A stretch of 27,379 nucleotides of DNA from a virus. Lineage: Duplodnaviria > Caudoviricetes. Below are positions 18,870-26,823 of the stretch, piece after piece. The position numbers and the translations under genes are program-made. The notes beneath the pieces are model-generated. The model saw only the letters and a list, made by a program, of their open reading frames with translations, made no database searches and was not told the DNA's origin. Where the stretch lies: IMG/VR virus record IMGVR_UViG_3300017774_005853, positions 1-27,379 of that record; one strand, written 5' to 3'. Each line of letters starts with the position of its first letter. The stretch's first letter is position 1.

Positions 18870-19212
18870 TACGCCTGGCGCGGTGAACCTCCAAATATGG
18901 CGTGGCGATTCATGGTCGCTTGTCATCAACTGCAATATTGCGGGTACGGCAATCAACTTCACCGGGTGGACTGCCAAAATGGAAATCCGCAACCAGTTGA
19001 CCAATGAACTTGCGCTGACGCTGACAACGCCCGCAAGCGGCATTGCCATGACAAGCGGCGGCGTAATTACGCTCTCGATCACGGCTGCGCAGTGTAATGC
19101 GCTTACCCAGGCGGTGTACGTGTACGACTTACAAACCACCTCCACAACGGGAGCGGTGCAGACATTTATCGCTGGCACCCTTGAAATCATCGAAGATAAC
19201 ACCGCAAACTAA
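18841..19212 (+). CDS. Ig-like fibre-anchoring/collar protein (LtfC/BppU N-terminal-like)
   Basis: RGDSW..INFTGWTAKMEIR..GVITLSITAAQ..YVYDLQ..GTL pattern seen in phage fibre-adaptor proteins. Confidence 0.65.
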   Translation: MTAPILIQNSTPGAVNLQIWRGDSWSLVINCNIAGTAINFTGWTAKMEIRNQLTNELALTLTTPASGIAMTSGGVITLSITAAQCNALTQAVYVYDLQTTSTTGAVQTFIAGTLEIIEDNTAN

Positions 19213-19217
19213 ACGAC

Positions 19218-19442
19218 ATGGCAGCGCTCACACTTGGCATTGATAATATCGCGCTCACGGTTACACTGCAAACAACAGAGGTAAACCTGACGCTTGGCGT
19301 GCTTGATTTAAGGACAATTCTTGAAAGCCTGCCTAAATACCAAAGCGATGCAGCCGCCACTGCCGCCGGGGTAGTGCTATACGTTACGGCAGACGGGCAC
19401 GAATCCTTGCCATATGGCGTGCCTAAACTTGCTAAATCCTAA
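19218..19442 (+). CDS. Hypothetical protein
   Basis: 74 aa; LPKYQSDAAATAAGV..LY resembles a short fibre-associated motif. Confidence 0.6.
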   Translation: MAALTLGIDNIALTVTLQTTEVNLTLGVLDLRTILESLPKYQSDAAATAAGVVLYVTADGHESLPYGVPKLAKS

Positions 19443-19467
19443 AGGAATCCTAAATGAATCCTAAATG
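19435..19467 (+). repeat. 11-bp tandem repeat, three copies
   Basis: AATCCTAAAGG AATCCTAAATG AATCCTAAATG. Confidence 0.9.
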
Positions 19468-19479
19468 AATTTTAAGAAC

Positions 19480-20880
19480 ATGAAACAGATACTTTTATTC
19501 TTATCGCTCGTTTTGTTTCAAACTGCGCTTTCTGCGCAGGTGAAAACAGCGGGCGTAAATTACAGCGTGGGCGCTCCAGCGTGGACGCCAAGCGTAAATA
19601 CAGGTAGTGAACTGGCCATAGATACAGTTTCAAAGCGCCTTTACTTATGGAACCGCAACACCGGCGCATGGGACATGCAAGGCCGGGGTGTTGACCAAAC
19701 ATCGGGATCTACGCCACCGGCATACACGCCAAACCAAACAGACAGTTATTTGGCGCTTAATAACGCCAACCCGCCAGAACTATACGCATGGACTGGATCG
19801 GCTTGGGCAAAGGTGGGCGGTACGGTGCAAACCATCGACACTTTTTCCGTGTCCGGTTCTATTGTTTCCCTTTCGCTTTCAGGCGATGCGCAGCCCGCAA
19901 AAACGATCACGCTGCCAGCGAGCGGTATTACTTCGCTCAACAGCCAAACAGGCGCAACCCAAGCCTTTGCGACGGGTACAACTGGCACAGATGTAGGTAT
20001 TGTTTCAAGTGCGAATACGCACACTTTTAATTTTCCAAACGCTTCCGCTTCGGCGCGGGGGCTGCTTACGAGTGCGGATTGGTCAACTTTCAATGGGAAG
20101 GTTGGTGGTAGTGGGGTTTCGGGGCAAGTAGGGTATTTTTCGGGCACAAGTACGCTTGCAGGAAATGCCGACTTTACCTATAATAATACGCAAAAATTAA
20201 TACTATTAACCAATTCAACATATAGCAGCACAGATAGAGGCATAAGGGTGCAGCAAAGCACAGGAGATGGCGCATCTGCTTTGATTACATTTCAGAAATC
20301 AAGAGCGGGGCTTGTAACGTCTGGAACCGGACTTGGTACGTTTGACGCGCAAGGATTTGACGGGGCGGCATATCAAATATCAAGTCGTATTTCATTTTCT
20401 GCATCTGGAACGCCAGCATCCGGTATAATACCTGGGATAATAACATTTTCGACTGCAAATACTTCCGGTGTATTAACTGCACGATCCTCAATAAACGAGG
20501 CGGGATTATTTTCAAATTTTGGAAATGTTCACATCGGCAACGGCACTAATGCCGCTCGCCTTCACGTCCAAGGCGCTGGCTCCACCTCCTCCACATTTAC
20601 GGCGCAGTTTCATAATTCGACGGGTACGAATAATGCGCTTATGGTGCGGGATGATGGAAACGTGGGGGTGGGGACGAGTGCGCCGTCTTCATCGGCATTG
20701 CTTGACGTTTCATCTACAGCCAAAGGTTTCTTACCTCCTCGCATGACAGCTACACAAGCAAGTGCCATTGCTTCGCCAGCCGAAGGATTAATGGTATATG
20801 TCACAAATACAAACGGCACATTTACCTCAAAGGGGTGGTGGGGCTACAACGGTGCCGCATGGGAAAAATTGAACAACTAA
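19480..20880 (+). CDS. Fibre/adhesin-like protein with a Sec signal peptide
   Basis: MKQILLFLSLVLFQTALSA|QV; fibre repeats; C-terminal GNVGVGTSAP.SSALLDVSST.KGFLPPRMT..GLMVY..WWGYNG.AW. Start set at 19480 (track uses 19465). Confidence 0.8.
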   Translation: MKQILLFLSLVLFQTALSAQVKTAGVNYSVGAPAWTPSVNTGSELAIDTVSKRLYLWNRNTGAWDMQGRGVDQTSGSTPPAYTPNQTDSYLALNNANPPELYAWTGSAWAKVGGTVQTIDTFSVSGSIVSLSLSGDAQPAKTITLPASGITSLNSQTGATQAFATGTTGTDVGIVSSANTHTFNFPNASASARGLLTSADWSTFNGKVGGSGVSGQVGYFSGTSTLAGNADFTYNNTQKLILLTNSTYSSTDRGIRVQQSTGDGASALITFQKSRAGLVTSGTGLGTFDAQGFDGAAYQISSRISFSASGTPASGIIPGIITFSTANTSGVLTARSSINEAGLFSNFGNVHIGNGTNAARLHVQGAGSTSSTFTAQFHNSTGTNNALMVRDDGNVGVGTSAPSSSALLDVSSTAKGFLPPRMTATQASAIASPAEGLMVYVTNTNGTFTSKGWWGYNGAAWEKLNN

Positions 20881-20895
20881 ACCAAACATACAAAC

Positions 20896-21513
20896 ATGAA
20901 ACAAACACTTTTTGTAATCCTGCTTTTCGCAGCATTCACCGCAAGTGCCCAAGTGCAAACGGTCACGCTCGACACGACATACATCGTAAATTCGGGAGGT
21001 AACTTTTTCGAAGTTTCCCGCATCGAATATTCAAACGGCGCATACAGCGAAAAGCGCGACTTTTTGGGCGACACCCTTACCATATTCAACAGATATGTGG
21101 CCAAAATCGAATCAGAGGCCAACGAAATCGCAGCAGCAGCCGCAACGGCATACCGTATGCGGCAAAAAACAACGGAGTGGGCGCGATTAGATACGTTGAC
21201 AGCCGCTCGGTTACTGCGCAGCCCGATCGCGGGTATTATGGACGTTTACGAAAAGGAATTTTTGTCGGGCAACTGGCAAATAGAATTTTCAGGAACAAGT
21301 ACAGCCGCAACATTTCCGCGTCTATCTTCCAACAAACGCATACGCTTACAAGCAAACGGCACGGCGCGCACCATGCTTTTATACGGAAAGGTTATGCGCC
21401 TTGTAAATTACCCATTCACGGGCCTAAACACGTTATTCCAGTTGCGCGAGGGCTACTGGATCAATTTGGAATTTGGCGACAGCGCCCGCCGTGTTGTGCT
21501 TCGCCGTATTTAA
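20896..21513 (+). CDS. Exported hypothetical protein (Sec signal peptide)
   Basis: MKQTLFVILLFAAFTASA|QVQ. Confidence 0.8.
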   Translation: MKQTLFVILLFAAFTASAQVQTVTLDTTYIVNSGGNFFEVSRIEYSNGAYSEKRDFLGDTLTIFNRYVAKIESEANEIAAAAATAYRMRQKTTEWARLDTLTAARLLRSPIAGIMDVYEKEFLSGNWQIEFSGTSTAATFPRLSSNKRIRLQANGTARTMLLYGKVMRLVNYPFTGLNTLFQLREGYWINLEFGDSARRVVLRRI

Positions 21514-21522
21514 AAAATAACA

Positions 21523-21615
21523 ATGCAACCTATCTGCATTTCAAATAGGCTGCAAGTAAAGATGCAAATAAAACTGGTAAGCAAATTACCCGCTTTAGTT
21601 GTTGATCTTCAATAA
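21523..21615 (+). CDS. Possible 30-aa small ORF, not in the ORF track
   Basis: AAAAAATAACA-ATG start context; reads MQPICISNRLQVKMQIKLVSKLPALVVDLQ*. Confidence 0.35.
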   Translation: MQPICISNRLQVKMQIKLVSKLPALVVDLQ

Positions 21616-21644
21616 CTTGGCGTAGTTTTTACTGTTAATGATGC

Positions 21645-21986
21645 ATGTCCGACACTCAGAAAATCACAGACGAAACTACCGAAGGGATGAGCGTACAAAC
21701 TCCCTTCAAAAAGGGGCTGTACCTGACCCTAATTGGTCTTTTAGTAAGCGCCGTTACAGCGCTTTGGCTTTCCTATTCGGCTGCGCTTAAACGCCTGGAT
21801 GATTGCCACTTTGCGCAGACGGTTGGAATGGAGCGGCTTAAAAACGAGCAGATACAGCAAATGCGGGAACAAGAAAAGCGGATTGCGGAACGTATTGCGG
21901 AAGTTGAAGAAAAATACAGGCAGATACTTTTCAATGTATCTGAGGCCAAGCGCGAATTGAAAAACAAATTAAAGCAAAATGATTGA
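21645..21986 (+). CDS. Single-TM coiled-coil membrane protein (i-spanin-like or holin-associated)
   Basis: TM segment LYLTLIGLLVSAVTALWLSY, then a charged coiled coil; first gene of the lysis region. Confidence 0.55.
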   Translation: MSDTQKITDETTEGMSVQTPFKKGLYLTLIGLLVSAVTALWLSYSAALKRLDDCHFAQTVGMERLKNEQIQQMREQEKRIAERIAEVEEKYRQILFNVSEAKRELKNKLKQND

Positions 21987-22299
21987 TAATCTATACACAT
22001 GGGTACTCCCTGGGCTTTTCTTTTTGCTTATGTCGTTTTGCTCCAATCGGCAACGCGGCATTGAGCAGTTAAAGGCAAGCGCAAGCACGAATCAAATGAC
22101 GGCATTAAACGTGCGGCTGCAAGTACTCAAAGGTAAATCCGATATGCTTTTTTTAAGCAGCGATGCCCTGCTTATGCAGGCGCGAAACGGGAAGGCAAGA
22201 AGGCCACTACAAAAACAAATCATTCACATGGTTGATTCAATCAATTATAACACAATTGACGGGATTGACCAGCAAAGCATTATAAAACATGAATACTGA
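21979..22299 (+). CDS. Membrane protein or lipoprotein (o-spanin candidate)
   Basis: Hydrophobic N-terminus ending LLMSF-C, a weak lipobox; overlaps both neighbours. Confidence 0.45.
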   Translation: MIDNLYTWVLPGLFFLLMSFCSNRQRGIEQLKASASTNQMTALNVRLQVLKGKSDMLFLSSDALLMQARNGKARRPLQKQIIHMVDSINYNTIDGIDQQSIIKHEY

Positions 22300-24274
22300 A
22301 AAAAAGAACCTGGTGCCGCCAACGGACGGGCCAAAAAGCCCCTTTCAAGGGACGAACCTTTACCTTTCTTTGCTTTTGCTTGTTGGCTCCTTTTGGGGCT
22401 TACAGGAGGGTTTAGCAAACCAAATCATCGGCTCCTTTGCTGGCTTGATTGCCGTTGTTGGGGCTACGCGCAACTGGGTAAAAATTGCCAAGCCGCGCGG
22501 ATTTAAGGAATACATTACCGACAAAAACACCTGGCAGTATATTTCTGTTGCCCTGCTTACTTTCTTGCCACAGGCAGACACCTTGGTGCCGCAACTTAAA
22601 AGCCTGGTAGATGCGCTTTTTACCGGCAATTGGACAGAAATTGTCAAAGCGGGTATTTCGCTCCTTACGATTCTGTATTTCCTTGTCATTAAGCCAAAGG
22701 GGCTTAAGGTGAGCAGCGCGGGCGTAATTGTATTCATCTTCATTTTTTCTGCCTCCAGCGCAGACGCGCAAGTGTTTAACCGCTACAAACGCCACCTAAA
22801 GCAAGCAGCCAAAGAAGTTGCAAAGGATACGTCCGACATTGTACTTGATCCAATCGAAAGTGTACCTTCAAAAAAAAACGGCTTCACAGCCGAAGCGGCA
22901 ACCAATTGGGGCGTACAGTATTTGCTGCCTGCCGATTTACGGCAGCGCCTTGTAAATGAATGTACCAACAAGGTTACGATCAAAGTGTACGACACGGCGG
23001 GTAAATCCGACCATGCAAGCCTTAAACAGGGCCAACTGCCGGGGAGTAATTACACCACATCCACGCGCATAGACGATTTACAAGGTCACGGCACCCACTG
23101 CGCAGGCATCATCGCTGCTGATGAATTAGGCCTTTGTGATGCCTTGGTAGATAAGGGGCTGGTGCGCTGGAAGCCGGTTAAAATCCTTGGTGATAATGGC
23201 AGTGGCTCATTTGATTGGGTGAAAACTGCAATTGCTGCCGAGCGGGCTGACGACCGTAACCGCATTGCCGCCGGGGAGTTTGTGGTGTGTAGCGGCTCCT
23301 TTGGGGGCGGCACCGGCATCATTGAAAATGTAGACAAAGAAATACAGGCAAGTACCGATTTTGGTGTAATATTTATCTTTGCTGCTGGCAATAGCGGCAC
23401 CGCAGGCGTGGGGTATCCAGGATGCGGCAAATACAGCATTGCATGCGGTAGTTTAGATCAAGGTATTACCCGCAGTTCATTCTCCTCTACGGGTGTAGAA
23501 GTTTGGGCAGGAATGCCCGGCAGAAACATAAATAGTACCTATTTAAACAATACATTTGCAACCCTTTCGGGTACGTCGATGGCAACGCCTTTTCTAAGTG
23601 GAGCGTGCGCAATTGCACTTTCTAAATGGGGTGGCAGACTTGCCAACTATCAAGTAATGAAAAACTACCTGGCATGGTGCTGCCAAGATTTGGGAGCGAA
23701 AGGGAAAGATAACGAAACCGGGTGGGGTATTGAACTGATTAAAAACATCTTGGACAGAAACCCCATAGACGCGCCCGACATGGGCAACCCTGGCAACCCT
23801 GGAAACCCAGACCCAGGAAACCCGCCAACACGGGAAAAAAGAATGCTCACTTTTGATATTGCCGGGCCGCTTGATGTGTATTGGTCAATTGTAGAAGGTA
23901 GCAGCCTAAAGAACAGTAAGGACTTAGCAACCGTTTACAAACTGAAAAAGGGTAAATCATCCGCCAGAGCGGCGCTTTCAAAAGTTACCATCGACAAAAT
24001 CGTAGTCGAATACGAAAGCACGACCGACATTAAAAACAGCGCTAAAGCCGTGCAGACAGCAGTAAAATCATTTTTCCAGGGGCGCGGCTTTGGCCTTGTG
24101 AGCGGCTCGGACAGCGCGGATGCCGTTTATTGGGCGTCTTACTTCCTGGAGTTGATTTTGGAAACACAGAACAAACCAGCGATTAAATTAGACACCATCA
24201 TCGTATCGGCAAAGGATCAAGACGGGGTGCCGATTGTATGGAGCAATAGGCTGCTTCATTATCCAAGAAATTAA
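22289..24274 (+). CDS. Multi-TM (holin-like) domain fused to an S8 subtilisin-like serine protease
   Basis: Triad VYDTAG / HGTHCAG / GTSMATP and oxyanion AAGNSG; about 5 hydrophobic segments in residues 1-160; PGN-repeat linker and a C-terminal domain. Confidence 0.9.
   Translation: MNTEKKNLVPPTDGPKSPFQGTNLYLSLLLLVGSFWGLQEGLANQIIGSFAGLIAVVGATRNWVKIAKPRGFKEYITDKNTWQYISVALLTFLPQADTLVPQLKSLVDALFTGNWTEIVKAGISLLTILYFLVIKPKGLKVSSAGVIVFIFIFSASSADAQVFNRYKRHLKQAAKEVAKDTSDIVLDPIESVPSKKNGFTAEAATNWGVQYLLPADLRQRLVNECTNKVTIKVYDTAGKSDHASLKQGQLPGSNYTTSTRIDDLQGHGTHCAGIIAADELGLCDALVDKGLVRWKPVKILGDNGSGSFDWVKTAIAAERADDRNRIAAGEFVVCSGSFGGGTGIIENVDKEIQASTDFGVIFIFAAGNSGTAGVGYPGCGKYSIACGSLDQGITRSSFSSTGVEVWAGMPGRNINSTYLNNTFATLSGTSMATPFLSGACAIALSKWGGRLANYQVMKNYLAWCCQDLGAKGKDNETGWGIELIKNILDRNPIDAPDMGNPGNPGNPDPGNPPTREKRMLTFDIAGPLDVYWSIVEGSSLKNSKDLATVYKLKKGKSSARAALSKVTIDKIVVEYESTTDIKNSAKAVQTAVKSFFQGRGFGLVSGSDSADAVYWASYFLELILETQNKPAIKLDTIIVSAKDQDGVPIVWSNRLLHYPRN
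23782..23826 (+). repeat. Coding Gly-Asn-Pro repeat linker
   Basis: GGCAACCCT GGCAACCCT GGAAACCCA GACCCA GGAAACCCG encodes GNPGNPGNPDPGNP. Confidence 0.8.
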
Positions 24275-24314
24275 GCGAGTTGTAAGACGCGAAATAACCA
24301 TAAAAACAGATACT

Positions 24315-24917
24315 ATGTCCGAATTACCACCACAAGCCGAGGCCCAAACCTTTTCATCCTTAATCACTGATGCTTTCCTGATAAAACTTGGCCGTGTTAC
24401 CAACGTACGTTTTTTTGAGGAGCAAACCCTTTGCGTGAACCTTGTTGCTGAGGAGTGCGACAAAATCAATGAGCAAGAAGGCGAAGGCGCAATTAACAAG
24501 CAGGAATTTGCGTACATTCTTGCCACCTTAAAGCATGAATGCGGCTTCCGGTCTATAAAGGAATACAAAGCGCCGGAAGGTACCAAGGTCTGGGATATGC
24601 AGAAGCGGTACTGGTTTACCGGCTTTTATGGGCGCGGTTACAGTCAATTGACCTGGCAAAAGAACTACGCCAAGTTTTCGCCCATTGTGGGTATTGATTT
24701 GGTGAAAAATCCCGATGAAGTTTTAAAGCCAAAAATTGGGGCTAAAATCCTGGTGTTTGGTATGTACAAAGGATTGTTTTCGGGAAAGAAACTGCGGGAT
24801 TATTTTAGCGATGCGGGAAACCCACGCTGGAATAGCGCCCGCCGAATAGTAAACGGCACCTTCCAGGCACAAAAGGTCACGGATGTAGCCATCAAGATAT
24901 TGCCGCTTTTGGCATAA
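24315..24917 (+). CDS. Endolysin, glycoside hydrolase family 19
   Basis: AYILATLKHEC, FYGRGYSQLTWQKNY, DLVKNPD and ARRIVNG. Start set at ATG 24315 (track uses TTG 24234). Confidence 0.9.
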   Translation: MSELPPQAEAQTFSSLITDAFLIKLGRVTNVRFFEEQTLCVNLVAEECDKINEQEGEGAINKQEFAYILATLKHECGFRSIKEYKAPEGTKVWDMQKRYWFTGFYGRGYSQLTWQKNYAKFSPIVGIDLVKNPDEVLKPKIGAKILVFGMYKGLFSGKKLRDYFSDAGNPRWNSARRIVNGTFQAQKVTDVAIKILPLLA

Positions 24918-24950
24918 ACAAAGGAGTGGTATTCTGTTTTTCATGCGGCG

Positions 24951-24976
24951 AAGCCTCGGAGTATTCCGGGGCTTTT
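24951..24976 (+). terminator. Intrinsic terminator between convergent operons
   Basis: AAGCCTCGGA-GTAT-TCCGGGGCTT: a 10-bp stem with one G-U pair, running into TTTT. Confidence 0.75.
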
Positions 24977-24991
24977 GCTGTTTAGTGCTGC

Positions 24992-25252
24992 CTATTTGTG
25001 TCGAATTGATCCCCGCGCCTTGCGCACCATGCTACTAAAGTAGTCAAGCATTTGCTCCGCCTCCCCAAGACTTAGTTTTACCTCGATGAAAGTAGCGACA
25101 CCTGTCTTAATTGATAGGATGAAAGGACGCCCATCCAAGGGTGTTTCCTGCTCATACAGCCCAACAGTAAACTCAGACGGCAGCCCATGTAAAACAGTTT
25201 GGCCTATTACAACAGTAGTCGAATAGGGTGGTAAGGAGATAGAAAATTCCAT
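24992..25252 (-). CDS. Hypothetical protein
   Basis: 86 aa with ATG start; last gene of the minus-strand cluster. Confidence 0.55.
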   Translation of the reverse strand: MEFSISLPPYSTTVVIGQTVLHGLPSEFTVGLYEQETPLDGRPFILSIKTGVATFIEVKLSLGEAEQMLDYFSSMVRKARGSIRHK

Positions 25253-25295
25253 TTGTTCGCGTGTGGAAGCGTTTGGATTAAATTAAATAAATATC

Positions 25296-26177
25296 TTATG
25301 CTTTCTGCAAAAGTCGGCTTTTCTTTGCAGCAAGATGCATTTTTATTTCGTTAATTTTTATGCGCCCATCCTTAACACTATGCGCCCGGAATATCCGCCC
25401 GTTTTGGCTGTAATACCCGTCAAAGCCGCTATTTAAATAATACGCTGGATTATTCCAACCTTGGTATAGCACCGCGTTTTCATCCGCCCCGATAAACGAA
25501 GGCGCAAACACGCACAAATAAACCTGGAGCGCATCACTGAGCGCCTTGCCTTTTGACCGATCCATCAAATACTTTTCGGTCAAATCCATTATGAAGGCCG
25601 TGTTTCTTTCACGGCATGCCTGCTTTACCTGCACTAAGTTATACCCAAGCCCTGTGAGGCCAACGGTAGTAAACTGAATCCATCCGGCGGCAACGCCGTC
25701 GGTTCGGATGCAAAAAGGGTCTAAGCCGCATTCGGAATGCGCCACCTCGTAAATCGCAAGCGGTGTCGATCCGGTCTTTGCCGCGATTTCTCGCGTCCTG
25801 CGGATCACTATTTCTGCTTCATCGGGCCGCACCTTTTTGCGTAGTTCATTTTCGTAGATGGATACGGCATAACTGGAAGTGTCCGAAACTTCGTAAGCGG
25901 GAATAAATACAAACTCAGCATACTGCAACGCATCGGCAAGCGGCAGGCGGCACACAAAAAGGATGGACGCCAGCGCTAAAATGTAAAATACGCGCCTGCC
26001 GATGGGCAGTACAATAAAACGCCGTATAAAGCCCCAGGAAAGGCGAACTACCTTTGCAAGCATACTGAGTAACGCAGAGGCTTGGATAAGGCACCATGCC
26101 AGCAAACAGCAAGCGGCAAAGCCAAATGCGCCTGGCATGGAAAGCAGGATTTGGACGGCGTCGGATAGGGGTTTCAC
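25296..26177 (-). CDS. Membrane-anchored lytic transglycosylase (lysozyme-like/SLT fold)
   Basis: Two N-terminal hydrophobic segments; HSECGLDP (catalytic Glu), AAGWIQFT, YLCVFAP..IG and Y..N.GFD..DG.I motifs. Confidence 0.78.
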   Translation of the reverse strand: MKPLSDAVQILLSMPGAFGFAACCLLAWCLIQASALLSMLAKVVRLSWGFIRRFIVLPIGRRVFYILALASILFVCRLPLADALQYAEFVFIPAYEVSDTSSYAVSIYENELRKKVRPDEAEIVIRRTREIAAKTGSTPLAIYEVAHSECGLDPFCIRTDGVAAGWIQFTTVGLTGLGYNLVQVKQACRERNTAFIMDLTEKYLMDRSKGKALSDALQVYLCVFAPSFIGADENAVLYQGWNNPAYYLNSGFDGYYSQNGRIFRAHSVKDGRIKINEIKMHLAAKKSRLLQKA

Positions 26178-26648
26178 TTAAAACAAATTTAGCGCCCACG
26201 CCGCCATCCAAAGCCCGCCCAAAATAAGCGCCCACTGGATGGCAGCGATAAGCAAAGTTAAAAGAATATAGTCAATTGGGAAAGGCACCATAAGCGCCAC
26301 CCAGGGAAGTAAAAACCACTTTTCACCCATGTAAAGGCGCAAGATAGAAAGCGCAACGCAGGTAAGGATATTCAGGCTCCAAAACCATTCCGTACCGCCG
26401 TTGGTGTGCTGTATCCCTCGGTATTGCATCTTTGCAAACCACCCATGTAGTTTACACTCAATCTGCCGGGCGTACAGCACAGGAAACCCAATGGCGTACA
26501 CCGCCACATTGCCAAACATGGGCCTAAGTTCGCTTTTGATTTGCTCCTTGCGCATCGCGGCTGCAATGCTGATACCAATCTTTGCCCGGTACGGTAGCGC
26601 ACCGGGCGCAAAGATGATGTATAGGTGTTCGAAGCGGGGCCAGTTCAT
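26178..26648 (-). CDS. T5orf172/GIY-YIG-like nuclease domain with C-terminal transmembrane helices
   Basis: LYIIF..KIGIS..R..IECKLHGWF..GGTEWF, then about 60 strongly hydrophobic residues. Confidence 0.72.
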   Translation of the reverse strand: MNWPRFEHLYIIFAPGALPYRAKIGISIAAAMRKEQIKSELRPMFGNVAVYAIGFPVLYARQIECKLHGWFAKMQYRGIQHTNGGTEWFWSLNILTCVALSILRLYMGEKWFLLPWVALMVPFPIDYILLTLLIAAIQWALILGGLWMAAWALNLF

Positions 26649-26806
26649 AAAACGTCAATTTCTATATCGTTCCACGTTTTCCCGTCGGTCGTGTATTTGC
26701 GCTGAACCAAATCATATACTACCATGCCGTCAATAAAATGATTTTCAGCATCAAAATAGTGAGTAAAAAATGGCGTTACGCTTTCAAAAGTTACTAAGTA
26801 CCTCAT
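26645..26806 (-). CDS. Small hypothetical protein (53 aa)
   Basis: MRYLVTFESVTPFFTHYFDAENHF..YTTDGKTW; its stop overlaps the next ATG. The track's longer start at 26902 overlaps the upstream gene. Confidence 0.65.
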   Translation of the reverse strand: MRYLVTFESVTPFFTHYFDAENHFIDGMVVYDLVQRKYTTDGKTWNDIEIDVL

Positions 26807-26823
26807 AGGTGCGTTTTTAAATG

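Noticed and set aside
19435-19467. Tandem repeat as a mini CRISPR array
   Set aside because: The 11-bp units are contiguous with no spacers, and no cas genes are present.
14754-21513. Diversity-generating retroelement or invertible fibre cassette
   Set aside because: No reverse transcriptase or invertase is present, and I saw no template/variable repeat pair or flanking inverted repeats by eye. A self dot-plot would be the definitive test.
21177-21548. Alternative + strand ORF (123 aa) overlapping the exported protein gene
   Set aside because: Almost wholly nested in another frame of a better-supported gene with a signal peptide; no motifs.
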